A stretch of DNA of 64,000 nt from Candidatus Dormiibacterota bacterium (GCA_963709585.1 CAVPXI010000013.1:96001-160000); one strand, 5' to 3'; shown: positions 10,820-20,815, counted from the stretch's first letter. Made by a program: numbers and translations. Notes: generated by a model not told the origin, from the sequence alone.

Positions 10820-11023
10820 ATGCATGAGCGCATGCCCACAATTACGTTGCTGCTCTGCCCGTGGTGTCACTCCACCCGGCTCGTTCTGCTGACCTACACG
10901 GTGCCAGCCGTGGCAGGCACACGCGATCTGCCCGGGACTCGGCCGAGTGCGAAGTGCGTCGCGTGCGGGCACGCGCTGCTCGCGCGAGACGTCCCCGTGC
11001 GCATGTTGCCGAGGTCAGACTAG
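10820..11023 (+). CDS. Small Zn-ribbon protein (CPxC...RPxAKCxxCG family)
   Basis: CPWCHSTRLVLLTY...RPSAKCVACG; paralogous to 5625 and 50521; exact start uncertain. Confidence 0.68.
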   Translation: MHERMPTITLLLCPWCHSTRLVLLTYTVPAVAGTRDLPGTRPSAKCVACGHALLARDVPVRMLPRSD

Positions 11024-11050
11024 GTTGTGGCGATCGTGTCGGCGTTACCT

Positions 11051-11174
11051 ACCGTCACAGGCGCGACGTGGACGTCTCATGGACGGGGCGGCGGGAGACG
11101 GGGGTCTCCCGCGCAAGTACCACTACGACTGGCGGAGTTGTTTTCTCTTATCGGTTCGGTACCGCTGCGTAAGG
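11051..11174 (-). repeat. G-family att-like repeat G2
   Basis: TGGACGTCTCATGGACGGGGCGGCGGGAGACGGGGGTCTCCCGCGCAAGT...TTCTCTTATCGGTTCGGT. Confidence 0.85.
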
Positions 11175-11410
11175 AGATGGCTCGCAGGAATGGAGCGATG
11201 CGGCTGCAGTATCCTTCGGGCGATCATAACCGAGCCGGACTTTGCTGACCACTTCGCCGACTGGAGGCGTGGCTCGTGAGCTGTCGGTTCATCTGCGCCA
11301 GGTCGGGTGACATAACGCTCGTGTGGGGGAGAGTGGCGAGTTGTTAGTTGAGCAGGTGACCGCCCGCCCATTCGCGCCTGGATGCCAGTGTGGGTCATCC
11401 AGGCGGTGAG

Positions 11411-11992
11411 CTATCGCAGCTCATCGATGCTGTCGAGGAAGCTAAGCGCGCGTTGCTTAAGCAGCTTCGCGGCACCTTCGTCGTAGTCGGGCAGGCTGTT
11501 GTCAGCGAACAGATGGCGGTCGCCGGGATATAGGAACAGTTCCGCGCCCTCTACGGTCTCAACGAGCTCTCGCGCGGCAGGGAGGTCCTCCATCGCCCAC
11601 TCGTCGGCCTCCATCATGTGGATCTGGAGCGGAACTCCCGGCGGCCACGAGCCGCCGAACTCGGAGGCCGGGAAGGCAGCGCTAAACAGCAAGCATCCTT
11701 TCGCGCCGGGACGCATCTGGGCGAGCATCTGCGCTCCCATCACCCCGAGCGAGAAGCCGGCATAGACGAGCTCGTTCGGCAAGCTCTTAGCGGCGAGTTG
11801 ACACCGCTCTAGGATCGTGTCGAAGCCGACCTGCTTGGCGTAGTCAACGCCCTCGTCGAGCGTAGCGAACGTCTTGCCCTCGTAGAGGTCCGGGGAGTGA
11901 ACCGTGTGCCCGGCTGCGCGGAACTCGTCGGCGAACGCAAGGAATCCGGGTGTCTCTCCCTGCGCGTGGTGAAATAGCAATATCTCGGCCAT
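11411..11992 (-). CDS. Dienelactone hydrolase family (alpha/beta hydrolase)
   Basis: LLFHHAQG, GFSLG nucleophile elbow, YPGDRHLF. Confidence 0.88.
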   Translation of the reverse strand: MAEILLFHHAQGETPGFLAFADEFRAAGHTVHSPDLYEGKTFATLDEGVDYAKQVGFDTILERCQLAAKSLPNELVYAGFSLGVMGAQMLAQMRPGAKGCLLFSAAFPASEFGGSWPPGVPLQIHMMEADEWAMEDLPAARELVETVEGAELFLYPGDRHLFADNSLPDYDEGAAKLLKQRALSFLDSIDELR

Positions 11993-12323
11993 CACGGGAT
12001 TTTCTACCACACCAGAGCTACCAGACCTTGACGCACCCGTCATCCACGGTCAGAGCAATCTGGACCACACTGGCGTAGCACCTTGTTTCTTGAGCGTTCG
12101 ACGCGATCGAAGCAAACCGGGCTCGAGCCGCTCTCGCCGCCGCGGCTTGACAAAAGGTGGAAGCCTCGCGAGACTCCGGCCGCGGAGCGGAGCTACGAGT
12201 TTGGCGGTAGTGTCGCCGTCCGTTGACACCGGCGAAGGCGAAGACCACGCTATGGCCCCATCATCCGACCGTCGCTGTCAGATCGGGGATGGGCGACAAC
12301 GGCACGGTCCGTAGACTCATACC

Positions 12324-12911
12324 GTGTCCATTCAGGTGCGCCCGGCGACTCCGGATCTGTGGAGCGACCTTGTCACGGTGTTCGGTCACCGCGGTGACGA
12401 TCCTTCGTGGTGCTGGTGTCGCCTATTCCTTCGTCCGGCAGCCCGCGAATCTGCAGCATCGGAACCGCCACCCAACAATCGCGACGCGCTGCGGAAGGAG
12501 ATCACCGATGCCGCCATACCGCCAGGGCTCCTCGCTTATGTCGACGATCAGCCGGTCGGATGGACAAGAGTTGGTCCTCGATCAAGTTTCGCTGGCGTTG
12601 GCGGCAACACAGCATTGGCAAGAGTGCTCGCGGAGGATCCAGGAGTTTGGTGGGTGACTTGCTTTGCGGTCGACAGCCGCTACCGGCGATGCGGGGTCGG
12701 GTCAACGCTACTCAGGGCGGCGGTCGAGTTCGCCCGTGAGCACGGTGCGACAGCGGTCGAGGGTCATCCGGTCGATGTGGCTGCCCTGCGCGCTGCTCGG
12801 GTCGGAGGGTCCGCCATCTACACAGGAACCGTGGCCATGTTCTCCGCTGCGGGGTTCACCGAGATTGCACGCAGCTACCCCACCCGGCCGGTGATGAGGC
12901 TTCTGGTGTGA
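12324..12911 (+). CDS. GNAT family N-acetyltransferase
   Basis: CWC motif, 'VTCFAVDSRYRRCGVG' acetyl-CoA motif A, 'VEGHP'. Confidence 0.88.
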   Translation: MSIQVRPATPDLWSDLVTVFGHRGDDPSWCWCRLFLRPAARESAASEPPPNNRDALRKEITDAAIPPGLLAYVDDQPVGWTRVGPRSSFAGVGGNTALARVLAEDPGVWWVTCFAVDSRYRRCGVGSTLLRAAVEFAREHGATAVEGHPVDVAALRAARVGGSAIYTGTVAMFSAAGFTEIARSYPTRPVMRLLV

Positions 12912-13608
12912 TGCCCGGACAGTCGGGGAAGACCCTGATCGAACATCAACGCGCCCCGAGAAATATCGGCACACGGTCAAGTCCCCGGTAGTGGTGTGAA
13001 TTCGGTGGAGTTCTCACAGCGTTCGGCCAGCTACGCGACGAGTTCAGACGCTGACAACATTCTCGGGCGAGCACGCGTCGCGTCCTTTGCCGGCATCCCG
13101 CGTGTCGTCTTCGCCGACCGGAGGTTGCTGCGATGGGTCTCACGGCCGACAAGGCTCGTCTGGGTGGCATCGACGCTGCCGCCGCTGAGATTAGCGTCGC
13201 CGACAGCGTGGACCCCTCCTGGACCTACGTACGAGATCCCCGTGGCGCCGTGGGCGTGGTCGCGGATCGCAGTCGTCGCGTGCTCGTGGGACGTGGACGT
13301 GCGCGCCGCTCGCCAGCGAGTGGCTCCACCAGGCTGCTCTCGCAATCCGGGCCGAGCTCTCGGTCGATGTCCTGTTCGACCAGGTCGCACAATATCCACC
13401 TACAGCGAGGCGTACCTCGCAGTCCTGGCCCGACTGGACTGGTAGGACCGGACAAGAATCGACGTCATGGCTCGGCGCAACGGCGTGAAACTGCGCTGGG
13501 AGAGTTCAGCTGCCGCATCTCACGCTGGAACCACACAGCGACCACACTCCATCGCACGTCCAACGAGCGCGCGTCCACGAAACGTGGCTGTCGAGCGCGA
13601 TATTTTGA

Positions 13609-13747
13609 TGAGCGTCTCATGCGCGGCGTGGACGCGTCATGGACGTCTGATGGACGGGAAGTGAGCAAGGGGGTCTCCCGCGCGAATACTACCGACGCGC
13701 GCGGAATTGATTTCTCTTATCGGTTCGGTGCGGCTGCGTAGGGGGGG
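13609..13747 (-). repeat. G-family att-like repeat G3
   Basis: TGGACGCGTCATGGACGTCTGATGGACG...GGGGGTCTCCCGCGCG...TTTCTCTTATCGGTTCGGTGCGGCTGCGTA. Confidence 0.85.
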
Positions 13748-14011
13748 TTCGCCGCCGTGACTTCTTCCGTCACTTCCGAATAGCCACCGACGAGCAGCAT
13801 ATGCACTTCGGTCTCGAGCCAGTTTGAGCAGGAATGTTGATCGAGGGCGCTGTCGGCTGGTGATATTTGTGTGCCGAGGTTGGCATGGGGCTGGCCTACT
13901 CAAACCTGGCAGAGGTACGCGAGCGCCTGGCCACGATCGCCAAGCCAGCGAGGTCATTGACCTCCTTCGGGGTCGGGAATCCGGGGCACCTCCTAGAAGT
14001 ACAGTTGTTCA

Positions 14012-14485
14012 ATGCCGAATCGTACGAAGGGCGCCTCGCTTGGCGTCCTAGTTGTAGCGTTCGGGGCATCGTGCGGCCAGCACGCGCAGCTCCCGACTAC
14101 GACGTCGGCTCCGACGAGCGCACCGGCGCTTACCTCGACGGCGGGAACTTACCCCGCCACCTTCGTCGGCGCCATCCAGGATGGCCTTGACCTCTTCAGT
14201 TCCACCAGCGGCAAGCCCATTCGCCGGCTCACCACCGCAGCCCTAAGTGGAGGTGATCAGTACCCAAGTCTCATCGGTGACGGTGAGATGGTCTATTTCG
14301 TTCGCGCCATATCCTCATGCGGCGAGAGTGGCTCGTCGGGCGGCATATGGGCCGTGTCCGCGGACGGCGGGCCGGCATCCGCCGTTGTCCCAACTCCGCC
14401 ACAGGACGTCGATCTTGTCCCGATCGTCAGTGGCGACGGCGAGATGCTCGCATGGGAGCGAGCGCGCCTCGCGGAGGAGCGCTGA
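14012..14485 (+). CDS. Putative lipoprotein with a TolB/WD40-like repeat fragment, probably truncated
   Basis: Signal peptide ending 'FGASC'; 'YPSLIGDGEMVYF' and 'PIVSGDGEMLAW' repeats. Confidence 0.45.
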   Translation: MPNRTKGASLGVLVVAFGASCGQHAQLPTTTSAPTSAPALTSTAGTYPATFVGAIQDGLDLFSSTSGKPIRRLTTAALSGGDQYPSLIGDGEMVYFVRAISSCGESGSSGGIWAVSADGGPASAVVPTPPQDVDLVPIVSGDGEMLAWERARLAEER

Positions 14486-14849
14486 CACCTCCCTCTCACT
14501 GCGGTCGCTGGTCGGGTCGAGGTCCGGCATCGTGGTCATTCTGACCCTTCCGGGCCCCCCTTCCTGACCATCGATAATGGAAAGGTATCGCTCGTGAGGA
14601 GGCGGAAAGTGGACGGCCTGCCGTGACTAAGAACCTCATCCCCAGCCAAGCCGCGCAGCTCGCCCGTCTCCGGGCGCTCGAGCGGCTGCCCGAGGCTACG
14701 CAACGGCGAGCAAGGCACCCCACACTCTCCGGGCGTGCAGTCGCGACCTCCGCGACCTCGAAGACGTCTATCGCAATGCCGGTGGCCTTCCACTCCTCGA
14801 GGCCTTAATGCGCGATGCGACGACATCGAAGGCGAACCCGATGTTAGAT

Positions 14850-14967
14850 GACCGTCTGAGGCGCGGCGTGGACGCGTCATGGACGTCTCATGGACGGGGC
14901 GACGGGAGACGGGTCTCGAACCCGCAAGTTCAACCTTGGGAAGGTGACGGTCTGTTCTTGGTTCGGG
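14850..14967 (-). repeat. G-family repeat G4 containing a recognisable tRNA-Gly(CCC) 3' half (about 14903-14945)
   Basis: Minus strand: ACC-TTCCCAA-GGTTG-AACTT-GCGGG-TTCGAGA-CCCGT-CTCCCG (anticodon loop CCC, T-arm, acceptor 3' strand); no D-arm or 5' acceptor strand; same TGGACG x3 arm as G1 and G3. Confidence 0.82.
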
Positions 14968-15048
14968 TCACGGACAAAACCCTCGCCCGATAACCGACGC
15001 GTTTGCACAGCTCGAGCTGTTCACGGTTCCGACCTCAGTGGTTATCCT

Positions 15049-15357
15049 CCGCCGAGAGTCGCGCGACTTAGAGTGGTTTTGCAGGAAAGAACATCAATCA
15101 GGGAATGCGTACTAGTCCCTGCAAAGTGACTGATCCCCGCAAGTTGGAATCGGCTGCATTTGAGTGGAAATGGCTTCACTGCAGTGCAATGGGATGCGAA
15201 TCGGGGAGACAGGACTTCGAACCTGCGACCCCTGGTCCCCCAGACTAGTCCTCATTTCCCGATGCGGGCTGAGTTCGATTTAGAGTGGTTTTGTGGGGAA
15301 TTGGTTGGAATGACGACTAGAGCGCGCGTTATGGATTTCGTTGGAATCGCGTGGACA
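15049..15357 (-). repeat. P-family att-like repeat P1: arm B + tRNA-Pro(GGG) 3' half (15201-15248) + right arm
   Basis: Family core reverse-complements to CTGGT-CTGGGGG-ACCAG-GGGTC-GCAGG-TTCGAGT-CCTGT-CTCCCCG-A; this copy has one extra T and CTAGT in the anticodon stem. Confidence 0.93.
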
Positions 15358-15393
15358 TGATGCGGGTACTCAGCGCGCAGCGGACCACCTTTC

Positions 15394-15792
15394 TCAGCCC
15401 CTCATCAGCACTTCAGAGTCGGCAACGGAGGTGACGTCAACGCCGCCATGCACGCCGAGCGCGAGGAGGTCGGCGTCGCCGGTGACAAGAGCATCGGCCG
15501 ATCCGGTTATGGCTATCGCAAGGATCTGATCGTCATCGGGATCCCGACAGACGCGCGGAACCTCAATCGGCGTCACCACATCGGCCATGGCCTCGAGCTC
15601 CGCTCGCACCGCGACAGCCCGATCGCTCGCCCAGCCACAGGTCTCGACGAGCACGGCCTCCAGCTCACGGAGGATCGCGGGACCGATGATCAGGGTGTGA
15701 TCACCACGGAGGACGTCGTCGAGGAGACGTCGCGGGCGTCCACCAAAGTGGAGCGCCGACACCAGCACATTGGTGTCGAGAACGACCCGCAC
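15394..15792 (-). CDS. PIN-domain (PIN_3/VapC-like) toxin, copy 1
   Basis: MRVVLDTNVLVSA...CRDPDDDQILAIA...LVTGDADLL. Confidence 0.92.
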   Translation of the reverse strand: MRVVLDTNVLVSALHFGGRPRRLLDDVLRGDHTLIIGPAILRELEAVLVETCGWASDRAVAVRAELEAMADVVTPIEVPRVCRDPDDDQILAIAITGSADALVTGDADLLALGVHGGVDVTSVADSEVLMRG

Positions 15793-16053
15793 TCAGCGTG
15801 TTGGTTTGCGGCGAGAGCGGCTGCGTCGCGATTTCACCGCAGCTACGACGCTATCTTCAGTCAGGGCACCAGCAGCCGCTCGGTCTTCCCCATACGCAAA
15901 GAGCTGATCCCATCGCTTGCGTCGCTCCGCGTACTGGCGGAACGCTTCTCGCAAAAGTTCGCTGCGCGTCCGGCCCTCCTGGTGCGCCAAGCGGTCGACC
16001 TCGACCGCGAGCTCTGGCGGGAGCGAGATGGTCACTGTCCCGGTCGTGCGCAT
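15793..16053 (-). CDS. Ribbon-helix-helix (CopG) antitoxin, copy 1
   Basis: VTISLPPELAVEVDRLAHQEGRTRSELLREAF; directly upstream of the PIN gene. Confidence 0.9.
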   Translation of the reverse strand: MRTTGTVTISLPPELAVEVDRLAHQEGRTRSELLREAFRQYAERRKRWDQLFAYGEDRAAAGALTEDSVVAAVKSRRSRSRRKPTR

Positions 16054-16186
16054 GAACAGGACGATAACACGAAGTCTTACCCGATAGGACCGCCGAACGG
16101 ATCGGGCTCACAGTGAACTCGGGCAACCATAGATGCGCCAATGGTGACATTGGCCTGCCGGAGGTCAATTTGCCGAGGACCGGAAG

Positions 16187-16432
16187 CGATCTTCGGTTTC
16201 TCGGCCCGAAACGAAGAAGAGCGTTCTCGCTCCGATCAGGGCCTCGCGCATAGCGGCGGTGTCCGCATACGAGGGGTGCGGCGACCGCGATCGCCCCCGC
16301 CATGGGCGGCGCCGTCCCAACGCTGCGGACGATCAACCGCTGGGCGACGCCGCGGTCCGCGAGGCGTCGTGCCACCCGTCCGCCAAGGGCACCGGTGGCA
16401 CCGGTGATTGCGAGGTCTGGCAGCGTCAGATT
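16187..16432 (-). pseudogene. N-terminal part of an NmrA-like NAD(P)-binding SDR (inverted relative to the rest of the gene)
   Basis: Minus strand 'LAITGATGALGGRVARRL...' Rossmann motif, continuing after a frameshift to 'LFFVSGRETEDR'. Confidence 0.7.
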
Positions 16433-16479
16433 GACTCCATTCCGAGCGGTGTAAGTATCCCGCCGAACCCCACCGACCG

Positions 16480-16770
16480 CGGTGGCACCACTACTCGGCG
16501 ATCGAGGCGGCCCTCGGCGCCGGCGTGGAGCGGATCGTCTACGTCTCTTTTCTCGGCGCCGCACCGGATGCGACGTTCACGCTAGCGCGGCAGCACTACC
16601 TCACAGAGGAGCGGATCCGAGCTGCGGGAATCCGGTACACCTTCCTGCGATCCAGCCTTTACGCCGACTTCGTACCGTTCATGACCGGAGATGATTTGGT
16701 GATGCGCGGTCCCGCCGGGACGGGTAAAGTCGGCTGGATATGCCGCGATGACATCGCTGACGTGGCAGCT
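16480..16770 (+). pseudogene. Middle part of the same NmrA-like SDR, ending just before repeat P2
   Basis: 'HYSAIEAALGAGVERIVYVSFLGAAPDATFTLARQHYLTEERIR...RDDIADVAA'. Confidence 0.72.
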
Positions 16771-16787
16771 CGGACGAGCTCGATGAA

Positions 16788-17270
16788 AGCTGTAAGCGCT
16801 ATGTAGGCGATTGACTGCCACAATCCGATCCATGAGCAGCGGCATCCGGCCTCAACCGTGGAGATTGATGCCTTTTGCAGGAAAAGTACTTATTCGCGTT
16901 TAGAGCACTACACCACGTGGGCGCGCAAGCGCCCAAACGCACTGCGCAACCTCTCGTTGCGAACTCAAGTCGGGCGATTGTCGGGGAGACAGGACTCGAA
17001 CCTGCGACCCCTGGTCCCCCAGACTAGTCCTCATTTCCCGATGAGCGCTGAGTTCGATTCAGACTGGTTTTGCCGGGAATTGGTTGGAATGACGACTAGC
17101 GCAGTTGCGATGGAATCCATTGGATTCCCGTCAACACGCACCCACGGTGCTGGACATTACTTCCCTCCCTCACCCCTCTGGACTTTGGGCATTCTGACGG
17201 CCGTCGGGCGCGTCGATCATCTGAAGCCCGTGGATCTGCTGACAGGGCGCTTGTGTGCCGGAGATCGCCT
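16788..17270 (-). repeat. P-family repeat P2: arm A + tRNA-Pro 3' half (16981-17027) + extended right arm
   Basis: Arm A starts CTGTAAGCGCTATGTA; core TCGGGGAGACAGGACTCGAACCTGCGACCCCTGGTCCCCCAGAC; right arm TTGGTTGGAATGACGACTAG. Confidence 0.93.
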
Positions 17271-17403
17271 CACTCGGTTTAGCATCCGCCTCAGGGCTGA
17301 CGCTCAGGCTTGGATCTCTCCCTCCATGTGGGATGCTGGCGCGGTGACCGGATGGGCCGCGCTCCACCAGATCATCGGGATGGCCGGAGCGAGCTCGCCT
17401 CTG

Positions 17404-19701
17404 TCAGAGGCTCGAGGAGATCCAGCCTGCGATCTGTGCACGTGAGTTGAAGCCAAGCTTGTTGAGGATGTGACCAACGTGGGTGGCGACCGTCCGTTCG
17501 GAAATGAATAGCCGGGCTGCGATCTGCTTGTTGCTGAGACCTTCCGCGACCAAGGCCGCGACCTCAGCTTCACGCTTCGCGAGGGGTCCGGAGTCCGCGC
17601 CGGAGAACGAAGCGGCCTCGCGCTGCTCGGATTCGCCGAGCGCCAGCCGCACCGCCGCGTGGCGGTCCAGGCGTTGCCCCGCCTCAAGCTCGGCCTCAAA
17701 TTTCGCTGCCCCGAGGGCTCGCATGGCCAATTCCCTGGCCTCGGTCTGGTATGGCGCATGCGGTCCAATAACCTTTGCGCCGGCGCCGGCACCGATGGTC
17801 TGCGCCGCCCCGAGCAGCCGGGCTGCGAGGCGCGGCTGGCCGGAGGTCGCGGCGAGCCAACTCATCGCAGCCAGAACGTAAAACTCGGCGATCCGGTCGT
17901 CGAACTGCCGCGCGACCCGCAACGCCTCGGCGGCACCCGCGTGTGCTTCGTCAAGGTCGCCCTTCGTGATGGCAATCGCACCGACATTGCGGAGCATCGA
18001 TGCCAGGTAAAAGAGGTCGCCAGCGTCGCGACTCAGGAGCATGCCCGCCGATGATGTCGCTGCGGCGGCGTCCATGTCATTTGCGAAGAACGCATGGACA
18101 GCTCGCGCCTGCACGAGCTCGATGGTCGCGGCATAGTCGCCGACAACAGCAGTGATCGCTTCGGCCTCATCCAGAAGGTCGCCGGCACCTGTGGGATTGC
18201 CGATCTGGTTCTCCGCGTTGGCGGCGACCGAGAGTGCCTGCGCCAGTTCCGCCGGCTGCCGGGTTTCCCGAGCCGTTGCGATGGCGCGAGCGAGCCATGG
18301 CCTGGCGGCTGCAGGGTCGGCCTGCACCACACTCAGCCAGCCACGAAGGACGAGAGCGCGCACCTGCGTGCGCGGAGACGCCTCCCCTGATGCAAACAGG
18401 AGATCCAGCCAGCGAATGCTCTCCGTGGTTCCGTGGGTGATCCAGTAGTACCGCAACGAGGCCGCTACATCGAGCCCTCGGCCGGAGTCTCGGTGCGAAA
18501 CGCAGTGCTGGAGTACCGCTCGAATGTTGTCGATTTCGAGCTCCACCCAGGCGAGCCAATCACGGAGCTGGTACCGGCCCTCGGCCTCGGTCGACAGACA
18601 CGTCTTCCAGTAATAGTCGACGCAACGCTCCGATAGTTCGCCGTCCTCATGTTCGTCGCGCAACTTGAGCGTGGCGTACTCGCGCATGGTTTCGTGAAGT
18701 CGATAACAGTCACGGCCCCCGAAGTCTTCCTTCATGAGCAGCGATTTCTCGACCAGTGATGACAGCAAGTCCAACGTGTCGGTTGCGGCCAGCTCGCCGT
18801 CGGTGCACACCGATTCGACGTCGTCGAGCGTGAATCGGGTGGCGAAAACGGAGAGTCGCCGCAAGACGTGCCGTTCACGCGCCGTCAGCAGGTCGTAGCT
18901 CCAGTCGATGGTCATCCGGAGCGTTTGATGTCGCGGCAGCGCGGCGCGGCTCCCTCCGGTGAGGAGGGCGAAGCGATCACGCAGACGCTCGAGGATCTGC
19001 TCCACGCTGAGGACCCGGGTTCTGACCGCCGCGAGCTCAATCGCCAGCGGCAGGCCATCGAGGCGCCGGCACACGGCAACCACAGCTGCCTGGTTCACAT
19101 CGGTGAGGACGAACGTGCCGGACGCCGCGGCTGCCCGCTCGGTGAACAGGACGACGGCTTCGTTCTCTCGCACGTGGGCGAGCGGTTCGGTTCCATCGTC
19201 GCGAGGCAGCTGGAGTGGCGTGACGGGCACCACGTGTTCGCCCGCCACCTGGAGCGGCTCCCGGCTGGTGGCGATCACGCGGATGTTCGGAGCGGAGCGA
19301 AGGGCCTCAGCGATGAGCTGAGCCGCCGCATCGAGAACGTGCTCGCAGTTGTCGAACACCAGCAGCAACGCTTTGTTCCGCCAGAAGGACCTCAGGATCT
19401 GCAGCGGCTCCACGCCGGCTTGGTCACGGAGGTCAACGGCCGCAAGCACGGCGCTGGGCACAAGGGCGGCATCGCGCACCTCGGCGAGTTCGACCAGCCA
19501 GGCGCCGTCGCTGAATCCGCGTGAGAGGTCGTCTGCAGCCCGCAATGCGAGCCGGGTCTTCCCCACTCCTCCTGGCCCGACGAGGCTGACGAGCCGGGCG
19601 GCCGCGAGTTTCTGCCTGATCTCGGCGAGCTCGCGGCGGCGGCCCACGAAGCTCGTGGTCTCGGCGGGCAGATTGCCCGAACGGTGACGTGGTCTCGCCA
19701 T
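17404..19701 (-). CDS. STAND (NB-ARC-like ATPase)-TPR-LuxR HTH transcriptional regulator
   Basis: [31 protein letters not shown]; C-terminal '[30 protein letters not shown]'. Confidence 0.93.
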   Translation of the reverse strand: MARPRHRSGNLPAETTSFVGRRRELAEIRQKLAAARLVSLVGPGGVGKTRLALRAADDLSRGFSDGAWLVELAEVRDAALVPSAVLAAVDLRDQAGVEPLQILRSFWRNKALLLVFDNCEHVLDAAAQLIAEALRSAPNIRVIATSREPLQVAGEHVVPVTPLQLPRDDGTEPLAHVRENEAVVLFTERAAAASGTFVLTDVNQAAVVAVCRRLDGLPLAIELAAVRTRVLSVEQILERLRDRFALLTGGSRAALPRHQTLRMTIDWSYDLLTARERHVLRRLSVFATRFTLDDVESVCTDGELAATDTLDLLSSLVEKSLLMKEDFGGRDCYRLHETMREYATLKLRDEHEDGELSERCVDYYWKTCLSTEAEGRYQLRDWLAWVELEIDNIRAVLQHCVSHRDSGRGLDVAASLRYYWITHGTTESIRWLDLLFASGEASPRTQVRALVLRGWLSVVQADPAAARPWLARAIATARETRQPAELAQALSVAANAENQIGNPTGAGDLLDEAEAITAVVGDYAATIELVQARAVHAFFANDMDAAAATSSAGMLLSRDAGDLFYLASMLRNVGAIAITKGDLDEAHAGAAEALRVARQFDDRIAEFYVLAAMSWLAATSGQPRLAARLLGAAQTIGAGAGAKVIGPHAPYQTEARELAMRALGAAKFEAELEAGQRLDRHAAVRLALGESEQREAASFSGADSGPLAKREAEVAALVAEGLSNKQIAARLFISERTVATHVGHILNKLGFNSRAQIAGWISSSL

Positions 19702-19812
19702 GGTGAGTCCGAACCTACCCCTCAATCACGAGCGCTGATGTCCTTCGACTACGCATCGAATCCGTAATCCTGACGATTCGGCCGGTCCGGCCCCTGGCTC
19801 AGCCTGACACCC

Positions 19813-20031
19813 ATGACACACGAGCTGCCGAATCATCGGGTCGCGGCGACATTCGTCAGCCGACCTCCCATGCGTCAGATTGCCCGAGCGTCGGGTGTGA
19901 CCGACGTGGTGGTCGATGGCTGCCAGCTGCGCTGCGTGGTGCACGGCAGCTTTCAGCCCCTGCTCGAGGCGCTGCGCGGCTACGAGGTCATCAGCCTCAC
20001 TTCCATTCCGACCTCGGACGGAGGTGATTGA
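19813..20031 (+). CDS. Small protein resembling the C-terminal domain of ABC-2 ATPases
   Basis: 'GVTDVVVDGCQLRCVVHGSFQPLLEAL' resembles the tail of 2632..3546. Confidence 0.45.
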   Translation: MTHELPNHRVAATFVSRPPMRQIARASGVTDVVVDGCQLRCVVHGSFQPLLEALRGYEVISLTSIPTSDGGD

Positions 20032-20128
20032 TGGCCACAAGGCGAATCACGTCTCTCGATCCCGACCAGCCTGACGCATCCACATCGCACCTCAATCGGT
20101 GCTCATTCATCAAGACAAGGAGAACGAC

Positions 20129-20815
20129 ATGACCGTCACACCGAACACCCTCTTCCGAGCGACCGGCGTTGCCACGGCGGTGGCAGGAATGATCTTCATC
20201 GGCGTACAGATCGGGAGTCCGCACCTGGACGGCGCCACCATCACAACGACCAACGCGGTCGTCCGCGACAGCCTCAAGGTCCTCATGGCTGCCCTGGCGC
20301 TCGCCGGGATCAGCGGTCTGTACCTGTTCCAGGTGAGGAAGATCGGCGTGCTCGGCCTGGTCGGGTACCTCACCTTCGCCACCGGCTACCTGACGATGCT
20401 CGGGATTGAATTCGTCGGCGCTTTCGTCCTCCCGTCGATCGCGCACAGTTCCCCCGCCTACGTCAGCAATGCCATCGCCGAAGCCACCAACGGCACCGTC
20501 ACCGGCAGCATCGGGCTGATCAAGGTCGCGATCCTGGTCAACGGGATCACCTACGTCGTCGGCGGTGTCATCTTCGGCATCGCACTCTTCCGCGCCAATG
20601 TCCTCGCTCGATGGGCCGCCGTGCTCCTCGCCTGCGGCAGCGTCGCAACCGTCGCAACCGGCGTCATGCCGCAGTACGAAAGGCTGTTCGCTTTTCCCAC
20701 CGGCATCGCCCTGATCGGCCTCGGGTACTCCCTGTGGCAGGCGCAGCGCTCGCCAGCCTCTCGGGCCATCACCAGCTCGGTGAGCTCGCAACTCGAGGCG
20801 GCCGGAGCCAAGTGA
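20129..20815 (+). CDS. Hypothetical membrane protein
   Basis: AAGGAG RBS; about 6 TM segments. Confidence 0.8.
   Translation: MTVTPNTLFRATGVATAVAGMIFIGVQIGSPHLDGATITTTNAVVRDSLKVLMAALALAGISGLYLFQVRKIGVLGLVGYLTFATGYLTMLGIEFVGAFVLPSIAHSSPAYVSNAIAEATNGTVTGSIGLIKVAILVNGITYVVGGVIFGIALFRANVLARWAAVLLACGSVATVATGVMPQYERLFAFPTGIALIGLGYSLWQAQRSPASRAITSSVSSQLEAAGAK

Noticed and set aside
16858-17445. Recurrent ORFs containing 'GRQDSNLRPLVPQ' (also 38737, 49363, 58849)
   Set aside because: They are translations of the non-coding repeat; frames and lengths are not conserved between copies.
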